Assembly (NCBI GenBank): GCA_043228905.1
Contig: JBHGNT010000008.1
Location: 13,330,001-13,394,000 of the forward strand
Origin: Azolla caroliniana
Taxonomy: Eukaryota; Plantae; Polypodiophyta
Reading direction: 5' to 3'
DNA: 64,000 nucleotides
The number at the start of each line of letters is the position of its first letter. Position 1 is the first letter of the stretch. The position numbers and the translations under genes are program-made. The notes under the pieces were generated by a model. That model was not told the DNA's origin. It saw nothing but the letters and a program-made list of their open reading frames with translations, and made no database searches. Shown piece by piece: positions 37,166-48,838 of the stretch.

Positions 37166-38970
37166 GTGGGGAGCTCGTACAGCTCCCGGGGCCCAATGTT
37201 CGTGTCCAGGCGGACAAGTGTGAACGCACATTGTCCGTCTCTATATACATATGTACATTGATTTATTTATTATGTATGTTTATACATATAGCTCACTCAC
37301 AACACTTTGCGAGCTCCATTCTATATTCCTTGGGCCCATCCATGCACACGTCTTAAGCGTCGGGGGCCAAGACATGAATTGGCACCATCGCACGTCTGCA
37401 AATGCTTGATGATGCATGACACAACATTACCCCCCCCCCCCCCCCCCATGTGTTGCTACAATGTCGGGCTAATGATTGCCCATTATAAGAATGTCCTTAT
37501 ATACACACATCTCTAGGTTGTTGCACAACTACCCATAGGTGGTACTCCTCCCCTTTTACAGTGCAAAACCGTCGTTCTCTACCCCCGCCGTCAAGTGTTG
37601 ATAGTGAGCAAGCACTATCCGAACCCACGGCTATGTCTTGAATGGATTGTTACTCCTTTGCCACTGATTTGAGGACTCATTAAGATGATCAACTCCTTCT
37701 CATTGGCATATCACCCGCGAGACAAACATTGTAAGCTCATGACAATGGTCTTGTGCTAGGGAGCATCAATATCAAGTAGATCCTCAATCCTAAAAATGGC
37801 CTAGCAGAGTACGTGTGTATCTCAATTCTTTCGAGTGAAGGTTATATATATGGTTATGCATCAAATATTCATGACAAAACTTTGGTTGGCATGTCCCATC
37901 ATTACCTCAATTATTTGAATCACGTAAAATCATTATGGTGATCATTATTATGGCCAAGGCTATCAGTCATCAATTTAAACATTTGTTACAATCATCATTA
38001 CATGATTTTCACGAGTACATTGTACAAAATAACATGCTCGAAAAGTTGAATTTGTGTGTCCGCATACAAAATATGGCTATCACCATTTGTGTTGTAGCAA
38101 TTATGTTGTTACTCTTCTCAATGTATGATTTCATCCTGAGCCTATGCTAAGCCCAATGACGGTTGGAGTATTCATTGTTCCACACACCAATGGAATTATA
38201 GATTCCAACAACATTTGAGCTTAATATGCCATGTACAATACTCCCATGGGTCATTTTGTTCAACAATCTATGAACAAGACATAAGTTGAAGGCTATGGAG
38301 ACAAAAAAATATGCATAGTCGAGACTTGACAAGTGCAAAATGTTGTTCAACAAAGACCGAAAGGTCAAGCATTCAACCTCTACATTTTGTGGTGACATTT
38401 AGCAAATTAGGGAAAATATATGTTGTAATAATTAAGGTGTGTAAAAATTGAAATTTCAAGGTAAGGCCTCATGTTGGCAGTCTAATAGTTTATTGTTGGG
38501 TTAAGTTGATTGTAAGGAAGTTCTCCTCATATTATTAGAATTGGAGGGTTCACATTAGCGCGCCCAATTGGTTTTACACCTTAGCGTGTTGACACCTCTT
38601 GGGGGAAAATATTTGTTTATTTTTCTCATATTTCCTTATGAGAATGAGAAATTTTCTTCAAGAGGGAGCAATATGAGGATTAGCATGTCGTTCAATGCCA
38701 CAACAAGTGCGCATATGGGAAGCTTAGGGGTCAATGTGCAATATATTAATTTGGGGTAAAAATGTGATTTTGAGAGTATATTAAATGTTGTTTACATAAC
38801 ACGTGAATTCTTGAAATAATGTTTTTACTTTGTATGGACAAGTCAAGGTCACCGTTTTGGAAGTTAATGAAAAGACAATACCCAAGTGGTTGCACACAAA
38901 ACATTTCTCAGTCGTGTTTGATGTGATAGTCTTAATTCATAGTAATGATACATGGCTCAAGCTTAGGGAG

Positions 38971-39141
38971 CAACCATGAATAATTTAGACAGAAATCAAG
39001 GAATGACATTATTGTTCATGTCAACCTTGTGGTTTTTAAAACGCTAACATTGTTACTATAGTCCAAAATCAACCATGAATAATTTAGACAGAAATCAAGG
39101 AATGACATTATTGTTCATGTCAACCTTGTGGTTTTTAAAAC
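38971..39141. repeat. Near-exact ~71-bp direct repeat, about 99-bp period
   Basis: CAACCATGAATAATTTAGACAGAAATC...GTGGTTTTTAAAAC at 38971 and 39070. Confidence 0.9.
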
Positions 39142-39606
39142 CATCTCATATGTCCAAAGGAGTAAAAACATAAGATGATTTCTTGATTATACTTTTTGAC
39201 ATAAATCCTTCAAACTCAATTTCTGTATAAGATTGAATGTTGCATGTAATCTCTTCGTTCTGATTGGTGGTAAGGATGCATCTTGAGGGCATGGATTTTG
39301 CAATTTCTCGATACTTGGGATCACTTTGCCCAACTTTACATGTAACAATTTCTCCAACCTCCTTCGCACACAATCTCATGTGTGAAGGGAGAAAAACACG
39401 TAAAAGCCAAGTTGTATAATAGGTTAAGGTGTCGGTTCAAGATGTAAGCAAAGGAGAGAAGCTTAAACCAACATTTGAAGAGAGTATAAGTGGTCAAATC
39501 TAACTAGTTGAACAAGAAAGTCAAAGGTTTGAACCTCATTAAAGCCATATGAGGGGGAAATGTGATCTCTAATACGCAAGATATAAAAATTGTAAAGAAG
39601 CGGATA

Positions 39607-41880
39607 TGATTCTTGTGCAGCGGAAGAGATGTGTGTTACTTACTTGTATGTGTGAGAGGAAAGAGAGGAGAGAAGAGAAAGCACAATACGGATTAGATAG
39701 AATGGAAAATAGAATACTCAAGAAGAATGTGTATATTCACACCATATGAAGTAGGAGGAGAGTACTTTATATAAGGTCACCCTCTCTCTTCATTAACTCA
39801 CTACAAAAACTACTCTCTCTTGGGGAATGTGAAGACTCGTAGTCATGGGAAATATGGAACTTATTAGTTATGTGTCATAGAACTTTATATATGATTCATG
39901 GAAAACACAAGATGGATTAGATAGAATGGAAAATAGAATACTTAAGAAGAATGTGTATATTCACAAGTAAAATAGTAAATACAAAATGTAGCATTACAAG
40001 GAGTCACAACCACACCATATGAAGTAGGAGGAGGGTGCTTTATATAAGGTTACCCTCTCTCTTCATTAACTCACTACAAAAACTACTCTCTCTTGGGGAA
40101 TGTGAAGACTCGTAGTCATGGGAAATATGGAACTTATTAGTTATGTGTCATAGAACTTTATATATGATTCTATGACACATAGTTAATGTGTAGAGAGTAG
40201 CGGTGTGACTCTTGACCTTTGAGTGATCATAGATTCTCAAAGGGTGTGTTCACACGTTGCACTAGGTTGAGCTTGATTCTCAACACGCCCCCTCAAGCTC
40301 AACTCGGGTCGGTTCCTTTCGGTTAATGTCCGCTTCGGCTAGTATCTGGTTCGGATGATCTCCGGTGTCCACTTCAGCTCATACCCAATTTGGACGGTAT
40401 CCGGTTCTCTCTTGTACTCCCCCTCAAGCTTGGCAAATCAGGGATTGTCAATCCAAGGTATGACATTAATTGCCGAAGCTTGTCGACTCCTAGGGCCTTA
40501 GTGAAGATGTTTGTTGTCTGAAGATTCGTGTTGACGTGTTGAAGGTCGACATCATCGGCCTGAACGTGGTCTCAAATGAAGTGATAGTGCACTTTGATAT
40601 GCTTTGTGCGTGTGTGGAACACTAAGTTCCAAGCCAAATAGATATTGCTCATGTTGTCGCAGTAAAGGGGAGTCAGATCCTTGATGGGAACGCCTAAATC
40701 CTTCAAAATCCTCTTGAGCCATACGACTTCACATGCAACCACGATTGCGCCCCTATCTTCAGCCTCCGTGCTCGAAAGTGCGACGATAGGTTGCTTCTTA
40801 CTACTCCAAGATATTGCTTCGCTGCCGAGCGAGAAGACAAATTCGGAGGTTGATCGTCGATTGACTCTATAGCTGGCCCAATCGGCATCTATGTACCCTT
40901 TGAGTCAGATTGGTGTGGCCGATTTGTAGAGAATACCACAATCCATTGTTCCACTCATGTATCTTAAAACTTGCTTAACACAATCCAAATGGATATGTCG
41001 TGGAGTTTGCATGAATTGGCTAAGGAGGTCGACCGGATAGTTGAGGTTGGGTCAAGTGATCGTGAGATAGATGAGACTCTCGATCAGTTGTCGATACTGA
41101 GTCGGCTTGCACTCGTCTGTGCCAGAGTCAATGTCTAGTTTGAGGTTTCGATTGAGAGGGGTTGCCACAGATTTGCACTCAATCATCCCAAACTTGTATA
41201 ATAAGTTGAGGATGTAATGTCGTTGAGTGATCATAGTGCAGGCTAGAGTTAGAATTACATCAATGCCAAGGAAGTAATGGAGCTCCTTCATGTCCGTCAT
41301 CTCAAATTTGTTGGAGAGGAGGGACTTCACCTAGTTGATGTCAACTAAATGCTCACCTCCAATAACCAAATCATCCACGTATAGGATTATGACAATCGGG
41401 CTTCTAGAGTCGTTTCGTACGTAGAGGGAGTTATCAGATTTCGACATTCAAAAGCCAATTCGATGAAGATATTGTGTTATCTTTGAGTGTCAAGCAGGCG
41501 GTGCTTGCTTGAGGCCGTAGAGAGGCTTCTTGAGTCAACAGACCGCTTTCGGATGAATGTTGGATTCGAAGCCGGGTGGTTGTACCATGTACACCTCCTC
41601 TTCTAATTCGCCTTGAAGAAAGGCCTTCTTGACGTCCATCTGGTGGAGATGCCACCCTTTTGCTGTTGCAAGTGTAATCACAGTCCGCACAGTCGTCATC
41701 TTTGCCACCGGGGCAAGGGCCTCTTCAGAGTCGACTCCATGTGTTTGCGCATATCCTTTCGCTATGAGTCGAGATTTGTAGCGGTTTATGGAGTCGTCGG
41801 CATTATTCTTCACCTTATAAATCCATCTGTAGCCAAATGCCTTCTTGTGCGGTGAGTGGGTAATCGTTGCAACCAAATCA
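39607..41880 (-). mobile_element. Ty1/copia copy C (RT, RNase H, 3' LTR 39607-40285)
   Basis: HQMDVKKAFLQG; ELHYFLGI; YRQLIESLIYLTIT; PPT GAGGGGG then TGTTGAG on minus; LTR resembles that of copy B. Confidence 0.92.
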
Positions 41881-42786
41881 ACTAACAAGATTCTTGACCA
41901 AGGGGACAGACGGGATGAAGCTAACACATATACAAATTGTGAAAGGTTATGCTCAGGAGGGGCGAAGGGGGCCATGACAACAAGTCATAACATTGCGAAG
42001 TGCGAGAGAACAATATGGTGGATCAGATGGGGATGATGGCTCGGCTTGAAGGAATGGACGACTTGAAAATGGAGTAACAAAGACAGTGTGGGCAGGGCAC
42101 AAGAAATGAGCAACTCTTTATGTTGCAAAGATGCGCGTGCATGCGTGCTTCGCTTGAACGAGACCACCGGGGTCTTAGACCAAGGAGGATTTCTGTCAAG
42201 TAATGGAGAAGAGGATGATGTGATTATAAGAAGAACAATAAGAAGTATAATAAGATTGATCAAAGATAAAATAAGATGAACAATAAGAAGTATAATTATA
42301 AGAAGAATTTTATATTTATGATGATGGTGATGGTGACTATATCCTCTATTGAGCCCCCTTACCCAAGCCCAATTAGAGGCTTTTATAGGGTTCTCCATGC
42401 TTGGGACATGCATAAAACCAAGGGCTAAAACCATGGTTTTGTGCACACGGTTTTGCTTATGACATGCACAAAACCATAGGCTTAAAACCATGGTTTTGTT
42501 CACACGGTTTTTTACATTTGTTTCCTATGGAATACTATAACAGGAAAATATAGTTTTAGAAAATCTAAAGCACTTGGTAGTAGCTTTAGTGGTAAGTTAA
42601 TTGCCTCCTATCTTGGAGGTGTAAGGTTCAAATCTTATTTGCACCTCTCTATATGCACTCAATGCCATTAGGCCCTAGGATTATTTATTATTGATTTATT
42701 TTCATTTTTACAAGTATTTGTGTATTGTGCATGTATCCTCAAATTTTCACTTTTTCTCGCATTAAACACGCCACATCACGACAACA
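41881..42786 (-). mobile_element. Truncated LTR similar in layout to 3332-4463
   Basis: Same CACGACAACA terminus; minus-strand CTATAAAA near 42385; AAAACCATGGTTTT repeats; AAG/ATA-rich tract. Confidence 0.55.
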
Positions 42787-45700
42787 TGATCGATATCAGG
42801 CTGTGTCACGACCATCACGTACATTAGGGAGCCAATTGTCGGTGCATATAGTACCGACTTCATAATTTCCCCCTTTGGACCGCATGTCGAACAATCTCAC
42901 TAAGATAGCCAAGTATGAATAGGGAGCGGGGTAGAGGCCGATTTCGCCGATTGCATGTTGAAGCGTTCCAGGACACGTCCAATGTAGTCAGTCTAGGATA
43001 GAAACAATTGTCATTGATTACGATTCCGACTTATCTTCATACCAAGAATGTGTTGTGTCGGACCGAGATCCTTCATGGCGAACTTCAATTGCAGTTGCCG
43101 AACGAGTTTGCCAGCATGGCGTCCAGGAGGGATTAGCATATGGTCTACATAGATGATGAGGAAGATGGGTGATCCATCTCGAGTTGTTTTCGTGAAGAGA
43201 TAGTGGTCCTCATCGCTCTTTGAGAAGAGGATCGATTGGATAAAGTCATCGAGCTTCTTGTACCACTATCGCAACGCCTATTTCAAGCCGTAAAGACTCT
43301 TCCTATGTTGGCAGACTAGATGTTCTTGGCCGGATGCCATGAAACCTTTTGGCTGCTCCATATAAATTTCCTCCTTAAGATCACCATGGAGGAAAGCCGT
43401 TTTGACATCTAGTTGAATCAACTCCAAATTTTCGGCTGCTACTACGCCAAGCATGAATTGAAGGGTTGTCATCTTCACCACTGGCGAAAAGATTTCGTCG
43501 AAATCAACACCGTGTTCATGTTGAAAACCCTTTGCTACTAATCTGGCTTTGAAATTTGGGTTGGCCGAATCAGACGTCTCCTTAATTCGATAGACCCACT
43601 TGCACGGAAGAGCACATCGATTTTTCAGCAATTTGACCATGTCCCAAGTCTTGTTTACGTGAATGGAGTTCATTTCGGACTCCATTGCCAGATGCCAGGT
43701 GGCCGAATCGACTGACGTCGATGCTTCTTCGTATGACGTCAGTTCTCCAGCGTCCATAAAGAAGATGCCAGGAGAGTATCTCTCCGAGGGTTGCGACATC
43801 TCTCGGATCTTCGAGGTATGACTGGACTAGTCGCATCGGGTGTCGTGGTCGGATGGTCCAAAGCCGAATCGTTTGGCTGTGCCCAGTCAAAATTCTCCGA
43901 GTCAGTGTTTGAAGGTTCAACTACCCGTGAGGTTGACCGTGTGTTGTGCGTTGGGCCTTTGTGAAGGGTTGGCACATTGGAAAATATTACCCTTCAGACT
44001 TCGATCGGCTTTTCGACCGATTGATGCATGGCCGACTCATTGAACAGGATGTCCGAACTTCAGACAATTTGTCTGTGTTTAGGGTCCTAGAGTCGGTATC
44101 CCATTTCGCCATCTGTTCCATAACCGAGGAAAATACATTTCCTAGATTGTGGTGCAAGTTTGCGGCAATCATCTTTCAGGACGGGGGCATATGCCTCACA
44201 TCCGAAAATCCTTAGTTTGTCGTAATTCGGCTTACTACTGGTCCATAATTCGTGAGGTATTCGAAGTCCCAAAGGCCTACTTGGCGACATATTGATTATG
44301 TGTACTACCGTAAGTAGGGCCTTTGCCTAGATGCCATCCGACAGTCTAGAATGTTGGAGCATGGAAACTATGCGTTCTTGAATTGTCTGATTCATTCGCT
44401 CAACAATTCCATTCTGCTCCGGACTATGAGGTGTCGTGAATACATGTCGTATGCTGCATTGTCGGCAAAATTTGACAAATTCCTCTGATTTGAACTCTCC
44501 CCCGTTATCGAACCGAAAGCTTTTCAGTTGTCGGCTAGACTGATTCTCAACCATGGTGAGCCAATCAGAAAAGATTGAGAAGACACGATCTTTGGTTTTG
44601 ATCGGATAAGCCCACACCTCCCCAGTCGAGTCGTCAATGAAGCTGAGGAAGTATAGAGCACCGCCGAGGGATTGAAGTGGCATAGGACCACATACGTCCG
44701 AGTGGACCAAATTGAGCGGACTCGATTCACTCGGGGTAGATGAAGGGTGTGTTACGGCTATTTGCTTGCCGTATTGGCAATGCTCGCATAACTGATGATC
44801 TGAGAAGGAGAGTTTGGGGATGTATCCGGCTCTAGATAAGTGCGTGATGTCGGCCTTGCTGAGGTGTCCGAGTCATCTGTGCTAGAGTGATGACACGGGA
44901 ATGTCAACCAAAAACAGGTCACCCTCTCTAAGTATGACGTGCAAAGGATAGAATGAGTGTATCTTTGGTCCTCGAGCAAGCAAGAGGTTCCCTTTGTGGA
45001 GCATGCACCCTCCTAATGAGAAGCCAACATGGATGTTGTCTTCATCCAATTGTCCGACTGAGATCAATGGTCTTGAGAGCTCAAGTACATGTCAGACATT
45101 GCCTAGTACTAATGCAGAACCACCTACAAGGTTGAGCTCTACCGTGCCGATTTCCAATTATGTTGTCGTGTTGCGAATTTCCTACTCGTACTGAGTCAAA
45201 ATGTTGGGCCGTGTATTGATGGAATTGGGATCGATGAGGAGTCACATGAAAGGACGCACCCGAATCTAAGAGCCATGTGCTCGATTCTTCAGTCGTAAGC
45301 AGAACTTTTGATGCGATTGGGTTCTCAATTGACAATATATTCGGGTCATTTGTCAATACTTTGGATGAAGAGTCGATGTAGTTGATCTCCTCGTGTCGAC
45401 CACTCTTCTGCTCGGCTTGTTGAGCCTTATCGTTTTGGGCCTTGAGTGCACAACAATCGGCTTTGATGTGTCCGGGTTTCTTGCAGTAGTTGCAGGATGG
45501 ATTATCCGGGGACTTGCTCCGACTTCGTTAATTGTTCGGTGGCCATGAAGAACTTCTTCCACGGTTGTTCGATCGATCGGTTGAACCTTGTACTACGTAA
45601 GCGTTGTTGGCTGAATCGTTAGCAAATGATTTTCTCCGAGCCGCTTCAGTCATAATTGCACTTGTGACTGAAGAGTACTTGACGGCTGTGGTCGAGGCAT

Positions 45701-47164
45701 TGCACAGAGTTGTGACGAAAGTTTCCCACGACAAAGGGAGACTACTCATAAGCAACATTGCTTTTAGTTCATCCTCGATGATCGTCCCCTGAGCTGCAAT
45801 TTGGGAGCTTAAGCTTTCGTACTCATTCAGGTGTGCTTGGACCGAATCTGACTCTTTCATCCAAAGGTTATAAAGGCGTCGAATCAGGTATATCTTGGTG
45901 GCGGTGACCTTCTTTTCGTAAGTGTCTAAACACGATTGCACCGTGAAGTACACAGAATTCGATAGGTGCATCCGAATGGTGGCGCGAACGATTCTATCGA
46001 CCTTTTCCCATTCGAGCGGCTTGTATCCTTCTGGAGGGTCTTCATTCTCAATGGGGTCAATTTGCCCCTTGACTATTAAATAGTCCTACATTTGCTCCTG
46101 AAGTTTGATCCGTCGAACTTCCTTAGACTCATCTCTGACGAGCCGGATGTTGATGCCATCTGTGTTGGTTGAGTCGGCTTTGTCCAGAGTCAGCTACGAA
46201 CTATGGTGGAGTTCAGCAACCAAGCTCACTTGATGTCGTTCTAGCTGGAGTTGGACACAAGTCGTGTCGGTTTCGAATATAGATGAATCATGTTCAGAGT
46301 GACTACATTCAACTGACTTAGTTAAATTAAACCCGTATTTGATTGTTTGATTTCGAATGTCGATTTTCCGAGATTTCCCAACATAGATTATGTGCGATTT
46401 TCTAGGCCAATCCTGTTTCGGGTAATTGCAAAGATGAGAGGGACGGAGCCTGTTGGTCCTCCTGAATGTCGTTCAACCAAATGAAACACAGATTGGAGTT
46501 GTCCCTAGAGTCGTGTTTGCTTCGAGTGGTTACGACAAGTGAGGAGATAGCGTCTGATGACCTATTCGATTTCTGTCTAACCAAGTGAGGCACGGATGTG
46601 GCCTGATCAAGAGAAGGGTCTCACTCCAAGCGACGACAATCATGGAGTCGAAGTACAGTTGACCGACTTACTTCAAAGGTGATTTCGAATAGTGGAGTGT
46701 AGACCTTCGGTTGTCTCTCTTCGTCAAATGTAATTTCAAGAGGAGTTGCCAATCAAGATCTTCAAGGTGTACAACAGAAGAGTTGCCGATGGAGGTTAGA
46801 TAGATGGCGGCAGAATCAAACAAAATCAAGATCTGATACCAGATGTTGGAATCACTGTCATGTAATGCGGAACAAGATCAACACTCTTCTGGGATAAGAT
46901 CGAGAAAGGATGCAAGATCGTAACTATGATGGCAGCAAAGACAAACAATACAACTAGTACGCAAGATGTCTTGACACTTAGGCACAATGTCAAGAGTATA
47001 TTTCAACTTAAATCAACAACTTCTAAGTAGGTTACAAAGTTAGTTTATATATATTGACTGACTTAGGGCAACTGCCCTTCTCACTATTTACATAATATAG
47101 CCTAAGCCTAGTGTGTACAAAAGGAGACGGTGTGAATACGTCCATTAGAAGCCCGTATTCAACA
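42787..47164 (-). mobile_element. Tnt1-like Ty1/copia element (5' LTR 46844-47164, gag, PR, IN, RT; decayed)
   Basis: PBS TGGTATCAGA 46832-46841; WLLDSGASFHVTP; VHSDVCGPM; FDNGGEF; QLDVKTAFLHGDL; LTR TGTTG...CAACA. Confidence 0.94.
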
Positions 47165-48428
47165 TCAACAACATGTAGTTGGCCAAGAATCCTGTATTCC
47201 ATGCTCGCACTAAGCACATAGAAGTGCATTACCACTCTGTGCGTGAGTGTGTCTTGAGCGGTGAAGTCGAACTCCAGTATGTTCAAACCAATCGGTAGGT
47301 TGCCGACATATTCACCAAGGCACTCAAACTAGACAAGTTGTAGCACTTTTCGGGGATGCTTGGGCTACAACATCTCGACGTGCCGCACTTGAGGGGGAGA
47401 ACAAGTGGGACAACTTGAGAAGAGAACGAAGGCCAGAGGAGAGCTGAAGAAGAAGCCAAATCGAGTAAGGAAGTCGAAACATCTGGGAAAGATGGAGGAG
47501 GCGGTAGAGGAGGCAGAGTCAAGAAGGACAGAGCCAACCGAAAGAAGAAGGCTAGGACCAGGACATGGACATATGTGGTCAAAGGCCAGAAGGAAGGTGA
47601 ATCAGAGACAACTGATTCGGTCGAGGAGGTTGATTCGGGAGAGCCAAGTACATATGAAGGCCATGCGAACAAGAGGTCAACCAAAGCTGACACCGAAACG
47701 AAGGAGTAGATGGGTTGGGGGGCGCCAATGCCGTGAGAACGAGGGAGCTGAGAAGGGCCTGACGTGTGGACAAGCCAACCATAAGGGTCAAGGTGCAAGG
47801 AACTAGACGAGTCAAGGTGTGTTGGATCTAAGGGGTCGTTAGATGCGGAACCAGACTGGACAAGGAGCGTGAGCAAGGCGTGATGACGCCAGGAGGAGCT
47901 GGAAGCAAGAACCGGCGAATGCTGACTCGAAGAGTCGACCTCAAGTTGAGCTTGAGGGGGAGTGTTGAGAGAGCAAGCTCAACATGGGTTGGACCGGTTG
48001 GATAAGCCGGTAGGGCAAACCGGAATTGATCCGGTTGGCTAGGTCCTTTCCGGACCGGATGTCGTATCGACTAAAGAAGCCGAATACCGGATCCGTACCG
48101 AATTCAGAATGTCACACGTGCAGATTAGACCTATTCTAGTAAATAGGCCTAATATAGGTAGTTAGTGTCAGGAGCCCCTTTAAGAGCATTGAAGTACATG
48201 TCAGTACTTCATGACAGCCTTATCAGATGGGCTTGTATATATAAAGTGCACTTAAGCATTATTCTTTGTACTGAGCATTTTTTCCAGTAATAGATTTTTT
48301 GTTGTTTGCTCTCACTCAATCTTTCTCTCTTTCTTGTACTTTGTATTTTGTGTTAACAAACTGTTATGTTCAACTTCCGGATAACCGACCGACAGTCGGT
48401 TCCTAAGCTTCTGCATTTAACTTTTATA
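47165..48428 (+). mobile_element. Ty1/copia copy D (RNase H end, extension, 3' LTR 47963-48428)
   Basis: LAKNPVFHARTKHIEVHYH; ADIFTK; PPT GAGGGGGAG then TGTTGAG. Confidence 0.9.
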
Positions 48429-48644
48429 GTTGGGAAACCGGATGTGCTTGGGTGACCGAGCTCTCAGAGTTGGGTGACTACTGTAGGAATTTTTATTCAC
48501 ACGCTTTTTTATTATTATCCAAATTGGATGGTGTAGATTGCACATGGCCTCCTCAGCTGAGCGATTTGCACTGTTTGTGGCTGGGATTCCCTCGGCGCCG
48601 CCTGCCCTATTTGTGATTTGATAGCGGATAGGATAGACACGAGC

Positions 48645-48653
48645 GTATGTATG

Positions 48654-48686
<33 letters not shown>

Positions 48687-48800
48687 GTATGTGATGTATG
48701 TAAGAAAGATGCATAGAGATATGCCTAAACCCTAACCTTTTCAAGGAAGGAAGGCTGGCTTATCTATGGAACAGAAATCTTTGTGTAAACCCTAAACCCT
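48645..48800 (+). promoter_or_regulatory. Promoter region with (TATG)n and telo-boxes (AAACCCTAA)
   Basis: AAACCCTAA at 48727 and 48787, within about 110 nt of the ATG of a ribosome-biogenesis-type gene. Confidence 0.6.
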
Positions 48801-48838
48801 GCGCACTCGATAGAGTCAAAAGACAAACGAAGGAAGGG

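Noticed and set aside
37620-38400. Possible hAT-type transposase remnant
   Set aside because: Only a faint CxxH-like motif; no convincing ORF or terminal repeats.
39564-39590. 25/27-nt match to the chromovirus LTR/TSD junction at 12265-12291
   Set aside because: AT-rich, does not extend on either side, and here it follows a PPT-like GAGGGGGAAA-TG as a probable start of an unrelated LTR; most likely coincidence.
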